A DNA stretch of 64,000 bases from NCBI GenBank assembly GCA_964612415.1, contig CAZTCT010000001.1, forward strand, positions 71,955 to 135,954. Reading direction: 5' to 3'. This stretch comes from an uncultured Candidatus Saccharibacteria bacterium (lineage in GTDB: Bacteria; Patescibacteriota; Minisyncoccia; Phycocordibacterales; CAYRGE01). Below, in pieces: positions 9,851 through 19,123 of this stretch. A program made the position numbers and the translations under genes. Each line of letters begins with the position of its first letter. The stretch's first letter is position 1. The notes under the pieces are model-generated. The model searched no databases. It was given only the letters and a program-made list of their open reading frames with translations, and was not told the DNA's origin.

Positions 9851-10993
9851 TTAGAATCCACCAAAAAGTCCTCCTGGGAGCTGAATTTTAAGGCTTGCGG
9901 CAGCAGTCTGCACATTTCTTGAGAGGTTTCCAAAAAGCGCTTGGATATTTCCTGACTCACCTATTGTGATGGTGGTTGATGTAGCGGACGGCAATTGTTT
10001 GCCGTCCATGGACCATTTGAAAGAAAGGTTGTCCATGGAGAAGAAATAAGGCTCCGCCTTCAAAGTAACCTCTGAATCGGGAGCATCAAATGTGCCTGAC
10101 AGCGCCCTTCCATATTCAATTCCAGAAAGCGGACTTGTTTGGTAAAAAAGAACCTTTGGTTGTGTTGGGGGGATGGTAATGGTTCCTTCGGCAACAAGGA
10201 CATTGTCTGTAGAGTAGGCACGAACCTTTATTGGTGCCCCTAAATACAAAGCGGGGCCATCTGCGTAATACACATATTTCCCTAAGCCAGAAGCCTTTTG
10301 GTCAGCGGTATTTCCATGTGACCAGGTATAACCAAGGTTTTCAGGAGCGATCTCCTTTCCATTGCTTGCGGTTAAGTGCGGGATTGCAACAACCCGAATA
10401 ATACTTCCAGGGGAAGCGAGGGCCTTGCCTTTATAAAAGGGAGGAGTATATGTGAGAGCCTCCCACGCAAGTTCTACTGCGGAGGGGTACACTGTCAGTG
10501 TTTTCTCGTATGTTTCACCTGTGGGGGTAGTTACCACAGCTCTAATGGCCGAAATCTCTCCAGAACCACCTGTTTTAAAAGATAGTTCGCGGAGTCCAGG
10601 ACCACGATCAATCAATGTGCCATTTATGTACCAAGAGATATTTGAAATCCCAAGATCGGTACTATAGGAAAAAAGAGAAACCGTTGCATCATTGTTGGGG
10701 CCCGGGTATTCAGGTCTTACATCGATAGTAATTGAATTTTCTGCCGACTGGCGAAGGATTTCTTTCACATTCGGCATTTTTACCGAATTGAGAGCATCAA
10801 GCATTTGCTGTTCTCTTGTGGGGGTATTGTTGAGTATCTCCTGAGGATCTGGGTTTGGGGAGAGAACGGCATCTAGGAAATCAGCATGAGCGACATGAGC
10901 AAGTCCGAAGGAAAAAATAATAACCCAAATAAACCTAAACTTCTTGGCTTGTAAATATGCCATAGTTACTCTCATTATAAAGAAAACCCCCAC
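9851..10993 (-). CDS. secreted hypothetical protein (signal peptide, beta-rich)
   Basis: 380 aa, N-terminal hydrophobic signal FIWVIIFSFGLAHVAHA, no recognisable catalytic motif. Confidence 0.65.
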   Translation of the reverse strand: MGVFFIMRVTMAYLQAKKFRFIWVIIFSFGLAHVAHADFLDAVLSPNPDPQEILNNTPTREQQMLDALNSVKMPNVKEILRQSAENSITIDVRPEYPGPNNDATVSLFSYSTDLGISNISWYINGTLIDRGPGLRELSFKTGGSGEISAIRAVVTTPTGETYEKTLTVYPSAVELAWEALTYTPPFYKGKALASPGSIIRVVAIPHLTASNGKEIAPENLGYTWSHGNTADQKASGLGKYVYYADGPALYLGAPIKVRAYSTDNVLVAEGTITIPPTQPKVLFYQTSPLSGIEYGRALSGTFDAPDSEVTLKAEPYFFSMDNLSFKWSMDGKQLPSATSTTITIGESGNIQALFGNLSRNVQTAAASLKIQLPGGLFGGF

Positions 10994-11016
10994 ATCAAAC
11001 CAGCAAAAAGTGTGAA

Positions 11017-11433
11017 TTATGCACCTGCGAGTGCGGGACTTGTTCCTTGCTTAACACTGCCCTGCCGCTTCTTTTGGGCCTCTCGGACTTCTTTGTTGTG
11101 GAAATGACGTATTACAAAAAGCATAATGGTTTCCATTGGGAGGATGCCCAAAAGAGGAACGAGCTCTATAAATATTGAAAGAGCGACAGTCGCGACGTTC
11201 CGCGTACTGGGGCGTACCCCACCCATAAATAGGTACATTGCTATTATTGAGCCAAAAACAAGATCAGTCCCCCAAGAAAACGCCTCCACAAGAAATCCTG
11301 CCGGGCTAAGCACCGTACTAAAAGTAAGAAGGGCTCCCACGATTTGGCTGAATACATCTGATATATCCAAAACCATCGCCACCAAGACAATAATCCAGAA
11401 GCCAGCGCCTAATTTTTTTTGGTCAGGGGACAT
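11017..11433 (-). CDS. small integral membrane protein, hypothetical
   Basis: 138 aa, 3-4 predicted TM helices, basic C-terminal tail. Confidence 0.55.
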   Translation of the reverse strand: MSPDQKKLGAGFWIIVLVAMVLDISDVFSQIVGALLTFSTVLSPAGFLVEAFSWGTDLVFGSIIAMYLFMGGVRPSTRNVATVALSIFIELVPLLGILPMETIMLFVIRHFHNKEVREAQKKRQGSVKQGTSPALAGA

Positions 11434-11436
11434 ATT

Positions 11437-13263
11437 TTATACTGGACCAGATCCTTCACTTGCAGCCAATTCATCCTTGGCCTTTTTGATCGCCAAGAGT
11501 TGCGACGGGTCTGAGGTGATGATCTGGTCCTCTGTGTACGAGGCGATAACCTTGATTGCTACACGCTTGAGGCCGGCAAAAAAGATGCCCTCCCCCACAT
11601 CAGATTCAAGAAGAAGATATTTTTCTTCCTCTGTAAGGTTGAAAGTTTTTTGCACAAGATCAATGGTCGTCGGCGATTGCTTAAGGAGCATTTGCATTGA
11701 TGAGTTTGTCAAAATAGGTACTCCATAAGGGGAGCGCAAAAAGTCGCCCACATCTTGTGTGATGGTTGAAAGGCCAAGGTAGTATTTTCTTCCTCGCTTC
11801 GCGAGACTGAGGAGGAAAGAGGCAGTGTCTTCAGACTTCATCATCCACCATGCCTCATCTACCACAAGAAGGCGTTTGCGAAGATTTTTTCTAATCGCGC
11901 TCCATATATGGTGTGTGATGATGTACATTGCTACGGGCTTCAACTCATCTTCCATGTCACGGATAGAGAAAACAACGAATTTTTTAGAAATATCAACATT
12001 AGAAGGCTGATTCATAAAGCCTGCCCATGTTCCTTTTGTGTATTTAGAAAGCTTCTGAACCAATGAATCAGCCCCTTCCATTCCAGATAAGACAAGCTCA
12101 AAGTCTGACAAAAGAGGAGCTTCTACTGATGAAAAGTCTGAATCTGCGGTGATATCTTTGAGGGCATATGTTTCTGTAATAGCACGGTCAATAATCGCGT
12201 CTTCTTCTGCAGAGAGTCCGCCAAGCATGATACGAAAGAGACCAACAAGATTAATGATCTGTGATCGTAGTACGTCTGCGGGAGACTCGTCTTCGCGAGG
12301 AGCGGGGAGATCAAATGGGTTGATGTGATTCTCTGAGGTGAGGGAAATATTGAAATATCTTCCTCCAGTGGCTTCCGCGAGATACTCATATTCCCGCTCT
12401 GGGTCAATAACAATAACATCAATATCGAACATGAGACTTCGCAAGATCTCAAGCTTTGTGTTGTATGACTTACCAGAACCAGATCGTGCAAACGTTACCG
12501 AATTGTAGTTTGGGAGAGAGAAGCGGTCAAAAAGGACCAGTGAAGCGTTGTGTCGGTTGATGCCATAGAGAATTCCTTTGTCGGAGGTGAGGTCAAAAGA
12601 CACAAACGGGAAGATGCTTGAAAGAGGAGATGTGTTCAACTTGTTATGTATAGCGAGGTCGTCATTGCAAGCTGGGAGCATACTGCGAAGACCTTCTTCC
12701 TGCTGGAAAATGGCGGGGCGGACATACACAAGGCGAGATTCTAGTAGAGATTGAATCTCGGACTCAAGCTTCTTGAGGTCTTCTTCAGAGTCTCCGTATA
12801 TTGAAATATAAAGACCTACATCAAAGATCTTTTCTTGTGCCTGCATAAGACTATCGCGCAAGTCTTCTAGGTCTTGGTACGCGGTTTCAAGCATTGGGTC
12901 ACGTACGAATCCTTTCCTCTCGCGCTCAGTGATCTGGCTGCTGACCTCGGCTACCTTTTTTTGAAATTTCTTCAATATCTGCTCTGTGTCTATCGGGTGA
13001 ACAAAGATTGATACATCAAATACTTTGTCTAGATTGATAATGGGAGCAAACCAACTTGCGGTAAGAACGCGAGGGTATGAGGTGACAAAAAATGTTCGCA
13101 TTATCTTCTCCCCCATCTGGATATCTTTTGGGGATACCTGAAGAGCGGATGGTGCGATAACATCTTCAAGCTCAATGTCTGCCTCGCCGTAAAGATCTTC
13201 TGGAAGTATCGGCATGACACTTTTTTCGTCGGCCCGCTTTTGCAATTTGTCAGATAAAGCCAT
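11437..13263 (-). CDS. VirB4/TraE-family T4SS ATPase, C-terminal ATPase portion
   Basis: 608 aa, Walker A ARSGSGKSYNTK, Walker B LLVVDEAWWMM. Its N-terminal region (IAPSALQVSPKDIQMGEKIMRTFFVTSYPRVLTASWFAPIINLD) matches the middle of Gram-positive TraE/VirB4 proteins. Confidence 0.8.
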   Translation of the reverse strand: MALSDKLQKRADEKSVMPILPEDLYGEADIELEDVIAPSALQVSPKDIQMGEKIMRTFFVTSYPRVLTASWFAPIINLDKVFDVSIFVHPIDTEQILKKFQKKVAEVSSQITERERKGFVRDPMLETAYQDLEDLRDSLMQAQEKIFDVGLYISIYGDSEEDLKKLESEIQSLLESRLVYVRPAIFQQEEGLRSMLPACNDDLAIHNKLNTSPLSSIFPFVSFDLTSDKGILYGINRHNASLVLFDRFSLPNYNSVTFARSGSGKSYNTKLEILRSLMFDIDVIVIDPEREYEYLAEATGGRYFNISLTSENHINPFDLPAPREDESPADVLRSQIINLVGLFRIMLGGLSAEEDAIIDRAITETYALKDITADSDFSSVEAPLLSDFELVLSGMEGADSLVQKLSKYTKGTWAGFMNQPSNVDISKKFVVFSIRDMEDELKPVAMYIITHHIWSAIRKNLRKRLLVVDEAWWMMKSEDTASFLLSLAKRGRKYYLGLSTITQDVGDFLRSPYGVPILTNSSMQMLLKQSPTTIDLVQKTFNLTEEEKYLLLESDVGEGIFFAGLKRVAIKVIASYTEDQIITSDPSQLLAIKKAKDELAASEGSGPV

Positions 13264-13265
13264 AA

Positions 13266-13976
13266 TTAGTCGAATTTTTTCACAGGGTTAACAACTTCAG
13301 GAGGATTAAGGAATTTATAGAAAAGTTCAACCACCTCCTCTGTTCCAAGAGGGACCACGCGAATGCCTGTGCGGGCAAGACCTTGCTTCACCACATTCGC
13401 TCTTTGCTCAAGCTGTGAGCGGGCTTCTTCAAAGGCCTGTACATCAAGAGAGGATTTCTTTGAGCCCTCTCCCCCTTGCTTCTGTACAGGGAGTTTTTTT
13501 GAGGGGGTGCCCTTTATCCCACCAAGGAGTTGATCAAAGATACCGCTTGCATTTGCGAGAGCTTTCTTCTGTTGAGAGAAGACGGACTTTGGTGTGTAGG
13601 GCACAACAATAAAGAACATTTTTGTCATAATATTTGTTTGCTCTGTCACGCTCCGAACGAAATCAATATATTCTTGGATCTGAATACGCATGAGATCATT
13701 CATCTCTGTTTTGAATCTGGATTCTAGTGTTGCCAAATAGGGCCTAATATCCAATCTTCTGGATTGAACGAGGATTTGAAGTGAGTAATCAAGCGAATTC
13801 AAAAAGTTTTGGAACTGTGCAAGAATGGCCCCTTGTTCCTGTTCCGATTTGAGTGCAAAGTTGAGCGACGAAGCCATCAAAACAAGGCGCATAGACCCGT
13901 CTTTCATAATGAGAACCCCGTCACGAACCTCTTTTACAGGGACGAATTTTTGGGATGATTGTGATTTAACCGGCAT
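13266..13976 (-). CDS. VirB4/TraE N-terminal domain encoded as a separate ORF
   Basis: 236 aa. KEVRDGVLIMKDGSMRLVLMASSLNFALKSEQEQ...MFFIVVPYT and ...GLARTGIRVVPLGTEEVVELFYKFLNP match the N-terminal domain of TraE/VirB4. The stop TAA lies 2 nt before the ATG of the ATPase ORF, which is in another frame. Confidence 0.7.
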   Translation of the reverse strand: MPVKSQSSQKFVPVKEVRDGVLIMKDGSMRLVLMASSLNFALKSEQEQGAILAQFQNFLNSLDYSLQILVQSRRLDIRPYLATLESRFKTEMNDLMRIQIQEYIDFVRSVTEQTNIMTKMFFIVVPYTPKSVFSQQKKALANASGIFDQLLGGIKGTPSKKLPVQKQGGEGSKKSSLDVQAFEEARSQLEQRANVVKQGLARTGIRVVPLGTEEVVELFYKFLNPPEVVNPVKKFD

Positions 13977-14415
13977 GATGTTTTGATTCCTCTGGTGGGT
14001 TATCCGGGTCTATTACTTCGATGTTTGTGGAAAGGCCAGTCAATTTATTTTCCGATACAACCGGAACATTAAATGAAGGGGGTGTTTCTGGGCGAGAGAT
14101 GGTAAGGTCTCTGCCCGTCTCAATTTTCTTCTTCTCCTTCTTCCATGTATAAAGGCGGGAGTGAGAGTAGAATCTAAAAGCTGACTCAAGAATCCCCGCG
14201 AATGACTTTCCAAATCTTTGCTTGGGGTAGAAGACAAGGGCCCACGTAAGTACCCCGATCGGAATAATAAGCAGTACTGCAATAAAGTGCGGCAGGATTC
14301 TCCATAAGAGGAAAATGAGTCCCCCACCACCAGCGAGGAACACAAACTGCACAACAGAAAAAGATCCGAATATTTTATCCTCTACATCTATGTACTGAGG
14401 AACACGGAAGTCCAT
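13966..14415 (-). CDS. VirB3/PrgI-like small membrane protein
   Basis: 149 aa. DVEDKIFGSFSVVQFVFLAGGGGLIFLLW plus a second TM. It is a small two-TM protein immediately upstream of VirB4, as in Gram-positive T4SS operons. Confidence 0.5.
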   Translation of the reverse strand: MDFRVPQYIDVEDKIFGSFSVVQFVFLAGGGGLIFLLWRILPHFIAVLLIIPIGVLTWALVFYPKQRFGKSFAGILESAFRFYSHSRLYTWKKEKKKIETGRDLTISRPETPPSFNVPVVSENKLTGLSTNIEVIDPDNPPEESKHHAG

Positions 14416-14475
14416 TGAAAATATTATACCTCACTCAAGCTGTCTTGATAAAGAACAACCGTAGTTTGTGTGGAT

Positions 14476-15282
14476 TTATTCAAGCGGCTCCCGGTAAGGG
14501 TCTGTTCGCGGAGATGAAGAGGAACCCTTTTCTTGTTGCTGAGACCCTCCGACAGTGCGCTGGAGTTTCTCCTCGAATGCATTTTTGGGGAAACGAATAT
14601 TCTCCGGTGCTGGCTCACTGTCAGACGGCCCAGTCTTTCCGGAAGAGATAATTTGCGGACGAGGAGAGCCTGGAAGATTTTCAGGTGGTCGTGCGGGAGC
14701 CTTGATTGTTGGTTGAGGTATCTCGGGGCGCTCCATTTTTACCGGTGGGGTCATCATTGGAACTGGTGGAAGTCCGGATTTTGCGCGTGCAAGATCTTTT
14801 TGGAAGGTCTTTGAAGGACCCGAAAGAGAAGCTTGAGACGCTGATGGAGCAGCCTGGGGTGGTTGAGGTACTTTTGGTGGAGTAGGAACGGAAGGTTTTG
14901 GCTGCTGTGTTGGCGCAACAGGGGGCTTCCCTTGAGATGCTGCTGGGGCAGACGTCTTTATCGCACTGAGCAAAGGTCCTGACACGTGGTACATCTCTTT
15001 AATAGATGACTCTACACCAGAAACAATATCGCTTATTATTGCACGTGCTAAAGAGGTAGCTTTTTCCGCAGAAATACCAGACGTGGTCAGCGCATCGAGA
15101 AACTTCCCTGGAGGTAGATCTCCAATGAGCAATTTTGTAGTTGCATCCTCAACTTCCAAGGCCTGCAGGTCTGTTATGTGCATCTCATCAGCAAGGGTAA
15201 AGATTGAAACAACGAGATCGTCATTTTTAAGGAGAAGCTTGATATCCGGAGCTAGCCCTTTAATTTTTGCTTTTATGTCCAT
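14476..15282 (-). CDS. hypothetical proline-rich protein
   Basis: 268 aa, folded N-terminal ~110 aa followed by a long P/Q/S-rich low-complexity region, no TM. Confidence 0.55.
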   Translation of the reverse strand: MDIKAKIKGLAPDIKLLLKNDDLVVSIFTLADEMHITDLQALEVEDATTKLLIGDLPPGKFLDALTTSGISAEKATSLARAIISDIVSGVESSIKEMYHVSGPLLSAIKTSAPAASQGKPPVAPTQQPKPSVPTPPKVPQPPQAAPSASQASLSGPSKTFQKDLARAKSGLPPVPMMTPPVKMERPEIPQPTIKAPARPPENLPGSPRPQIISSGKTGPSDSEPAPENIRFPKNAFEEKLQRTVGGSQQQEKGSSSSPRTDPYREPLE

Positions 15283-15284
15283 AT

Positions 15285-17192
15285 TTATACATCCATTGTA
15301 GCGGCAAAGTCAGCAGGGTTTGAAGACTTCGACTTGTCCTCTCCACCGCCAGATTTTTCAGAAGACTTGTCTCCACCACCCTCTTCTTCCTCAATGGCCT
15401 CCTTAACCGTATCGCGGATGGATTTTTCTTTCTTTGCAAGCTTTTGAGCAGCAAGGCGCTTAGCCATCCATCGGCTACGAGGCCAAGTTAGCCCTTGTCC
15501 GTTCTCGCTAAAGAGCTTGTTTCTTGTCCCTGGGATTACAGGAGCCTCCTTCAAGCGGTCAGCAAACACGTCAGTTCCTGTGCGGTACTGATCTTCCATA
15601 ATTCCCCCTTTGCCCTTTTTCTGTACCACGTAACCATCTTTATCCAGAAGGCGAGCCTCTTGCCCCGCAGCGATTGTCTTTGTGGTGATAACTTCTTTGC
15701 CATCTTTGTCATACGTGCGGTATTTATACTCCATCTCCTTGGTGAGAATTTCGTTTCGCGCATTTCCAAATTTATCCTTCCCGAGGCGCTTGCCCTGCTC
15801 TTCATACATCTTCGCATCTTGCTCCCTAGCCTTTACAAAGCCGCCCTGACCACGAGTTTTGCCGTATCCGCCCACACCCTTAACGCCACGGAAATCATAC
15901 GAAGCACTCGACAACCCTTGTGCTTTGCGCTCCGCCCATGCACCAAAGTTTGAACGTTCCCCAAAGCCTTTCATCCAATTGCTGTTTGCAGCTGCGGCAA
16001 AGCCTCGTCCAGCTGTATTTCGCAAAATCATACCTCCAGCCGTTCCGTAAGCGGCGCCCATGCCGATCTTTGCCCACTTCGTAGAGCTTGAGGCAAGGTT
16101 GCCCGCGATGCTTTTTGCCGCAACGATGGCTCCAATAAGCAGGCCAAGGATGAGAATATATGAAAAGATCGGCGCGAGATTGGTGGCTGTTGCCTGCCCA
16201 GTTATAGCTGTCGAAATAGCGCTTCCAATTGAACCACCCAATCCTCCGAGTACGGCACCAATACTGTTGTTGCGCGCGATTTCTGCAACGAGGTATATGA
16301 AGAACATGAATACCGGTGCAAAGAAAGCGTGACTCATCAGAGAACCCCACCATCTTGAGGCATGCCCACGGAGGCCAGGAAGTGCCGCCGCAACGAAAGC
16401 AAGGGGGGATAGAACCATCAGGAATATAATCGCAATAGTTCGCAGAATGAACATGATCGCTCCAGAAAGGAAGACAAATGTTGCCACAAGCATGGCAACG
16501 GCGCCAAAAATGTAGGCAATCGCGCGGTTTGTATTTGATAGGCCAGTGACATCAAAGGTGTTTGCTGACCCTTGTGCAGATGATGTTGTTTGAAGTTGGA
16601 ATGCTTCCATGAAGACCCCGGAGAGGCTATTTACAGTAGCGCCGTTTATCTGTGCTTGCGAGGCTGTGTTCCAGAAGTACACAGTGAATACATTGGCGAC
16701 ATCAACGATGACCTTTGTGAAGAAGAGACTGAAGTTCACGAAGAGCGCTGCAATGATAATCGTTGCGATATAGCGTTTATAGTTACCAGCGTTCAATATC
16801 GTCATAATCGCGATATAAATAAGGCCAAAGAGGAAGAACATGTTTGCGAAATCGCGCACCACATCCCAGACAGTATTGATGGCAGTAATGCTATTGTAGG
16901 TGCTCGAGCTGATGGAAGTTTGTATTGAGATATCAAGCAAATATCCAGCAACGCTCAAAATCCATGCGGTAATGTGAAATACAAACCCAGCGATCCATTC
17001 AAGAATATTCCCAAAAACAAAATCAGCTCCTCCTGCAAGTGTCCCCCAAAAGGCATCCCAAGAGGAAGATCCTTCTGCGGCAAAAGCTTGGATTGGCGCA
17101 GCAAAAAACAGTATGGAGGCAAAAAGAAATCCGAGCAGTCGCTTTGCCTTGGTGAGCGCCCTTGTACTTTTTTGATAAAAAGAAAACATCAT
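15285..17192 (-). CDS. VirB6/TrbL-like polytopic membrane protein with charged C-terminal tail
   Basis: 635 aa, signal peptide plus at least 7 TM helices in the first 400 aa, and a K/E/G-rich cytoplasmic tail. Adjacent to VirB4/VirB3-like genes. Confidence 0.55.
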   Translation of the reverse strand: MMFSFYQKSTRALTKAKRLLGFLFASILFFAAPIQAFAAEGSSSWDAFWGTLAGGADFVFGNILEWIAGFVFHITAWILSVAGYLLDISIQTSISSSTYNSITAINTVWDVVRDFANMFFLFGLIYIAIMTILNAGNYKRYIATIIIAALFVNFSLFFTKVIVDVANVFTVYFWNTASQAQINGATVNSLSGVFMEAFQLQTTSSAQGSANTFDVTGLSNTNRAIAYIFGAVAMLVATFVFLSGAIMFILRTIAIIFLMVLSPLAFVAAALPGLRGHASRWWGSLMSHAFFAPVFMFFIYLVAEIARNNSIGAVLGGLGGSIGSAISTAITGQATATNLAPIFSYILILGLLIGAIVAAKSIAGNLASSSTKWAKIGMGAAYGTAGGMILRNTAGRGFAAAANSNWMKGFGERSNFGAWAERKAQGLSSASYDFRGVKGVGGYGKTRGQGGFVKAREQDAKMYEEQGKRLGKDKFGNARNEILTKEMEYKYRTYDKDGKEVITTKTIAAGQEARLLDKDGYVVQKKGKGGIMEDQYRTGTDVFADRLKEAPVIPGTRNKLFSENGQGLTWPRSRWMAKRLAAQKLAKKEKSIRDTVKEAIEEEEGGGDKSSEKSGGGEDKSKSSNPADFAATMDV

Positions 17193-17195
17193 AAG

Positions 17196-18119
17196 CTAAA
17201 AGAGGTCGTTTATTGAATCAACCACAATGGTAGAAACAAAAGCACCAAGCATTTCGCCAAGCTCGTCAATGTTGGTGATGTTTGTAAGCTTAGAGCCAAT
17301 AGATGCATTTAGCTGGTAGTTGATAACGGCTCCAGGGGTTTTGATATTGCCATTGGCGTCTTTTGTGGACTGCGCTCCATTGCCATTATCAGCATCTTGG
17401 GCAGCATTTCCAATGGCGGCTGCCTGACTTGCGGTATTGGCACGCTGCTGGGTGGAGATTTTCTGAATAGGATTGTCCCCTTGAATCATGGCAACATTCC
17501 ATGCATCCCACCCTCCTACTGCAAATTGTCCGGACAAAAATGCTCCTGGCGCATTGCCGGTCACACCATTAAGCTTACAAGTCTGTGCCTTTGCTGCGGC
17601 GTCTCGATCCGCCTTGCTTGAATTTTCAATACCAATCTTGAGGCTTGTCTTGAAATCCCCAAAAGCACTTGGGTCTCCGGCGTAAAAATCACAAATATCA
17701 AGGTCTAAAATATCCTGTCCGTATGCAAGAGCTTCCTTCTTCGCCTCATCAAGATAGTGTTGTGCGAAGTTGCGAATATATGCTGGGCGGTCGCTGAATT
17801 GTCCCTCGGCAACATTTATCATGTCATCCACCGCCCTATTAAGGAGGTTTGTTTTAAGTGCCCATGCTGCAGGGTCAAGAACGTACTCTTTAATATAGCC
17901 TGCTGTTGAGTTCGCAGAAATAATAGCTTGAATCGCCTGGTCTACCTGCGCGAGGGCTCGCTCAATGAGCTGTGTTACGAGGTTTGAACAGTTGGCGCAA
18001 AACACAGCCCCTCCAGCTTGAGCCTTCTCAGGGAAAACCCCCATCATCACGATAACTGCAAAAACAAGAACAATTCCCTTGCGGAGAAAAGCGAGGATAT
18101 TTTTATTAAGGTGCAGCAT
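17196..18119 (-). CDS. secreted hypothetical protein of the T4SS-like cluster
   Basis: 307 aa, signal peptide IVLVFAVIVMMGVFPEKAQA, Ala/Asn/Gly-rich C-terminus. Confidence 0.6.
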   Translation of the reverse strand: MLHLNKNILAFLRKGIVLVFAVIVMMGVFPEKAQAGGAVFCANCSNLVTQLIERALAQVDQAIQAIISANSTAGYIKEYVLDPAAWALKTNLLNRAVDDMINVAEGQFSDRPAYIRNFAQHYLDEAKKEALAYGQDILDLDICDFYAGDPSAFGDFKTSLKIGIENSSKADRDAAAKAQTCKLNGVTGNAPGAFLSGQFAVGGWDAWNVAMIQGDNPIQKISTQQRANTASQAAAIGNAAQDADNGNGAQSTKDANGNIKTPGAVINYQLNASIGSKLTNITNIDELGEMLGAFVSTIVVDSINDLF

Positions 18120-19056
18120 AATGATTTGTTGCTGTGTTTACAACGGCACCTTTATTGCTAATGTACGTATCTATTGAGGCCATACTAGTGTGGATCTTAT
18201 TTAAAGTAGAAAGATAGGCCTGAAGGGCAGCGATACCTTCAAGAGGGTCTTCGACAATATTCTTTGTAAGGCTAAGGTATCGAGCCGCATTCCAAGATGA
18301 GTTGAGGAGTTCCAGATGATACTGAGCGAGGTTTGATGGCACCTCTAAGGCAAGTCCATCCTTTATTGCCTCAGCATAGAGGCCTATTGTCGAGTCGAGC
18401 TTCGGTAGCGATGAACCATCTTGACTCTCAATAACATTAATAACCAGGGCTACTTCATCAAAAGTGACTTTTTGTCCTTGCTTTACCACAAGATCAATCA
18501 AGTTATTTGTATAAGAAACTAGGCTTGCAAGACTGTTGTCGCTCGTAATATTGATATCATGTGCGGTGTAATGCTCCTGGAATTTAAAGGTGCTTGACAG
18601 CTCATTATTTGCCACAGCCTTCAATGTGTTTGGGTCAAGAGATCCGGTGTCCGTGTAATCCTGGAGAGCTAAATAAGAGAGTATCTCTGTGAGAGAGGGG
18701 TTTGTTTCAAGAGATGTATCTGACGCGGTAGTGGAATCTGCGAGTACCACAGAAGAAGGAAGACCTGTTTTCTTTGCGAGTATATAAGGCTCCTGTCCAT
18801 CTACGATACCATTGCCGTCAGTGTCAGGGCTGTTAGGGTTTGTACCCCAAAGAGACTCTTCCCAGTCTTTGAGCCCATCTCCGTCAGAATCTTCAAGTCC
18901 TGCTTTTGCGCGATCAAGCATCGCAGTCTCTGATGAACGATCAAAGGAGACGGAAGTGTTGCCTGAAGAATACTTCAGCACAACAAGAATTCCTACACTT
19001 GCCATGCTCAATGCAGCAAAAACCCAAAGCGCCCATGTGCGAGATCTGCTCTGCAT
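18106..19056 (-). CDS. membrane-anchored protein with Asp-rich calcium-binding-like repeat
   Basis: 316 aa, N-terminal TM, DSDGDGLKDWEESLWGTNPNSPDTDGNGIVDG resembles thrombospondin-type-3/dockerin-like Ca-binding loops. Confidence 0.6.
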   Translation of the reverse strand: MQSRSRTWALWVFAALSMASVGILVVLKYSSGNTSVSFDRSSETAMLDRAKAGLEDSDGDGLKDWEESLWGTNPNSPDTDGNGIVDGQEPYILAKKTGLPSSVVLADSTTASDTSLETNPSLTEILSYLALQDYTDTGSLDPNTLKAVANNELSSTFKFQEHYTAHDINITSDNSLASLVSYTNNLIDLVVKQGQKVTFDEVALVINVIESQDGSSLPKLDSTIGLYAEAIKDGLALEVPSNLAQYHLELLNSSWNAARYLSLTKNIVEDPLEGIAALQAYLSTLNKIHTSMASIDTYISNKGAVVNTATNHYAAP

Positions 19057-19123
19057 ATCTTGGGCTCATTATATCAAGGGGAAAGAGCTAAAGTTTTATT
19101 TTCTTGTGGATAAGAATGCGGTC

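Noticed and set aside
11126-11728. Long plus-strand ORFs overlapping minus-strand genes, for example 11126..11728 (200 aa), 25962..26513 (183 aa), 27926..28726 (266 aa), 48051..48905 (284 aa) and 53153..53812 (219 aa)
   Set aside because: Each lies antisense within a gene that has strong family motifs (VirB4, comM, coiled-coil gene, V-ATPase I, rny). Their translations are low-complexity or Cys/Ser/Leu-rich with no motifs. They are typical shadow ORFs.
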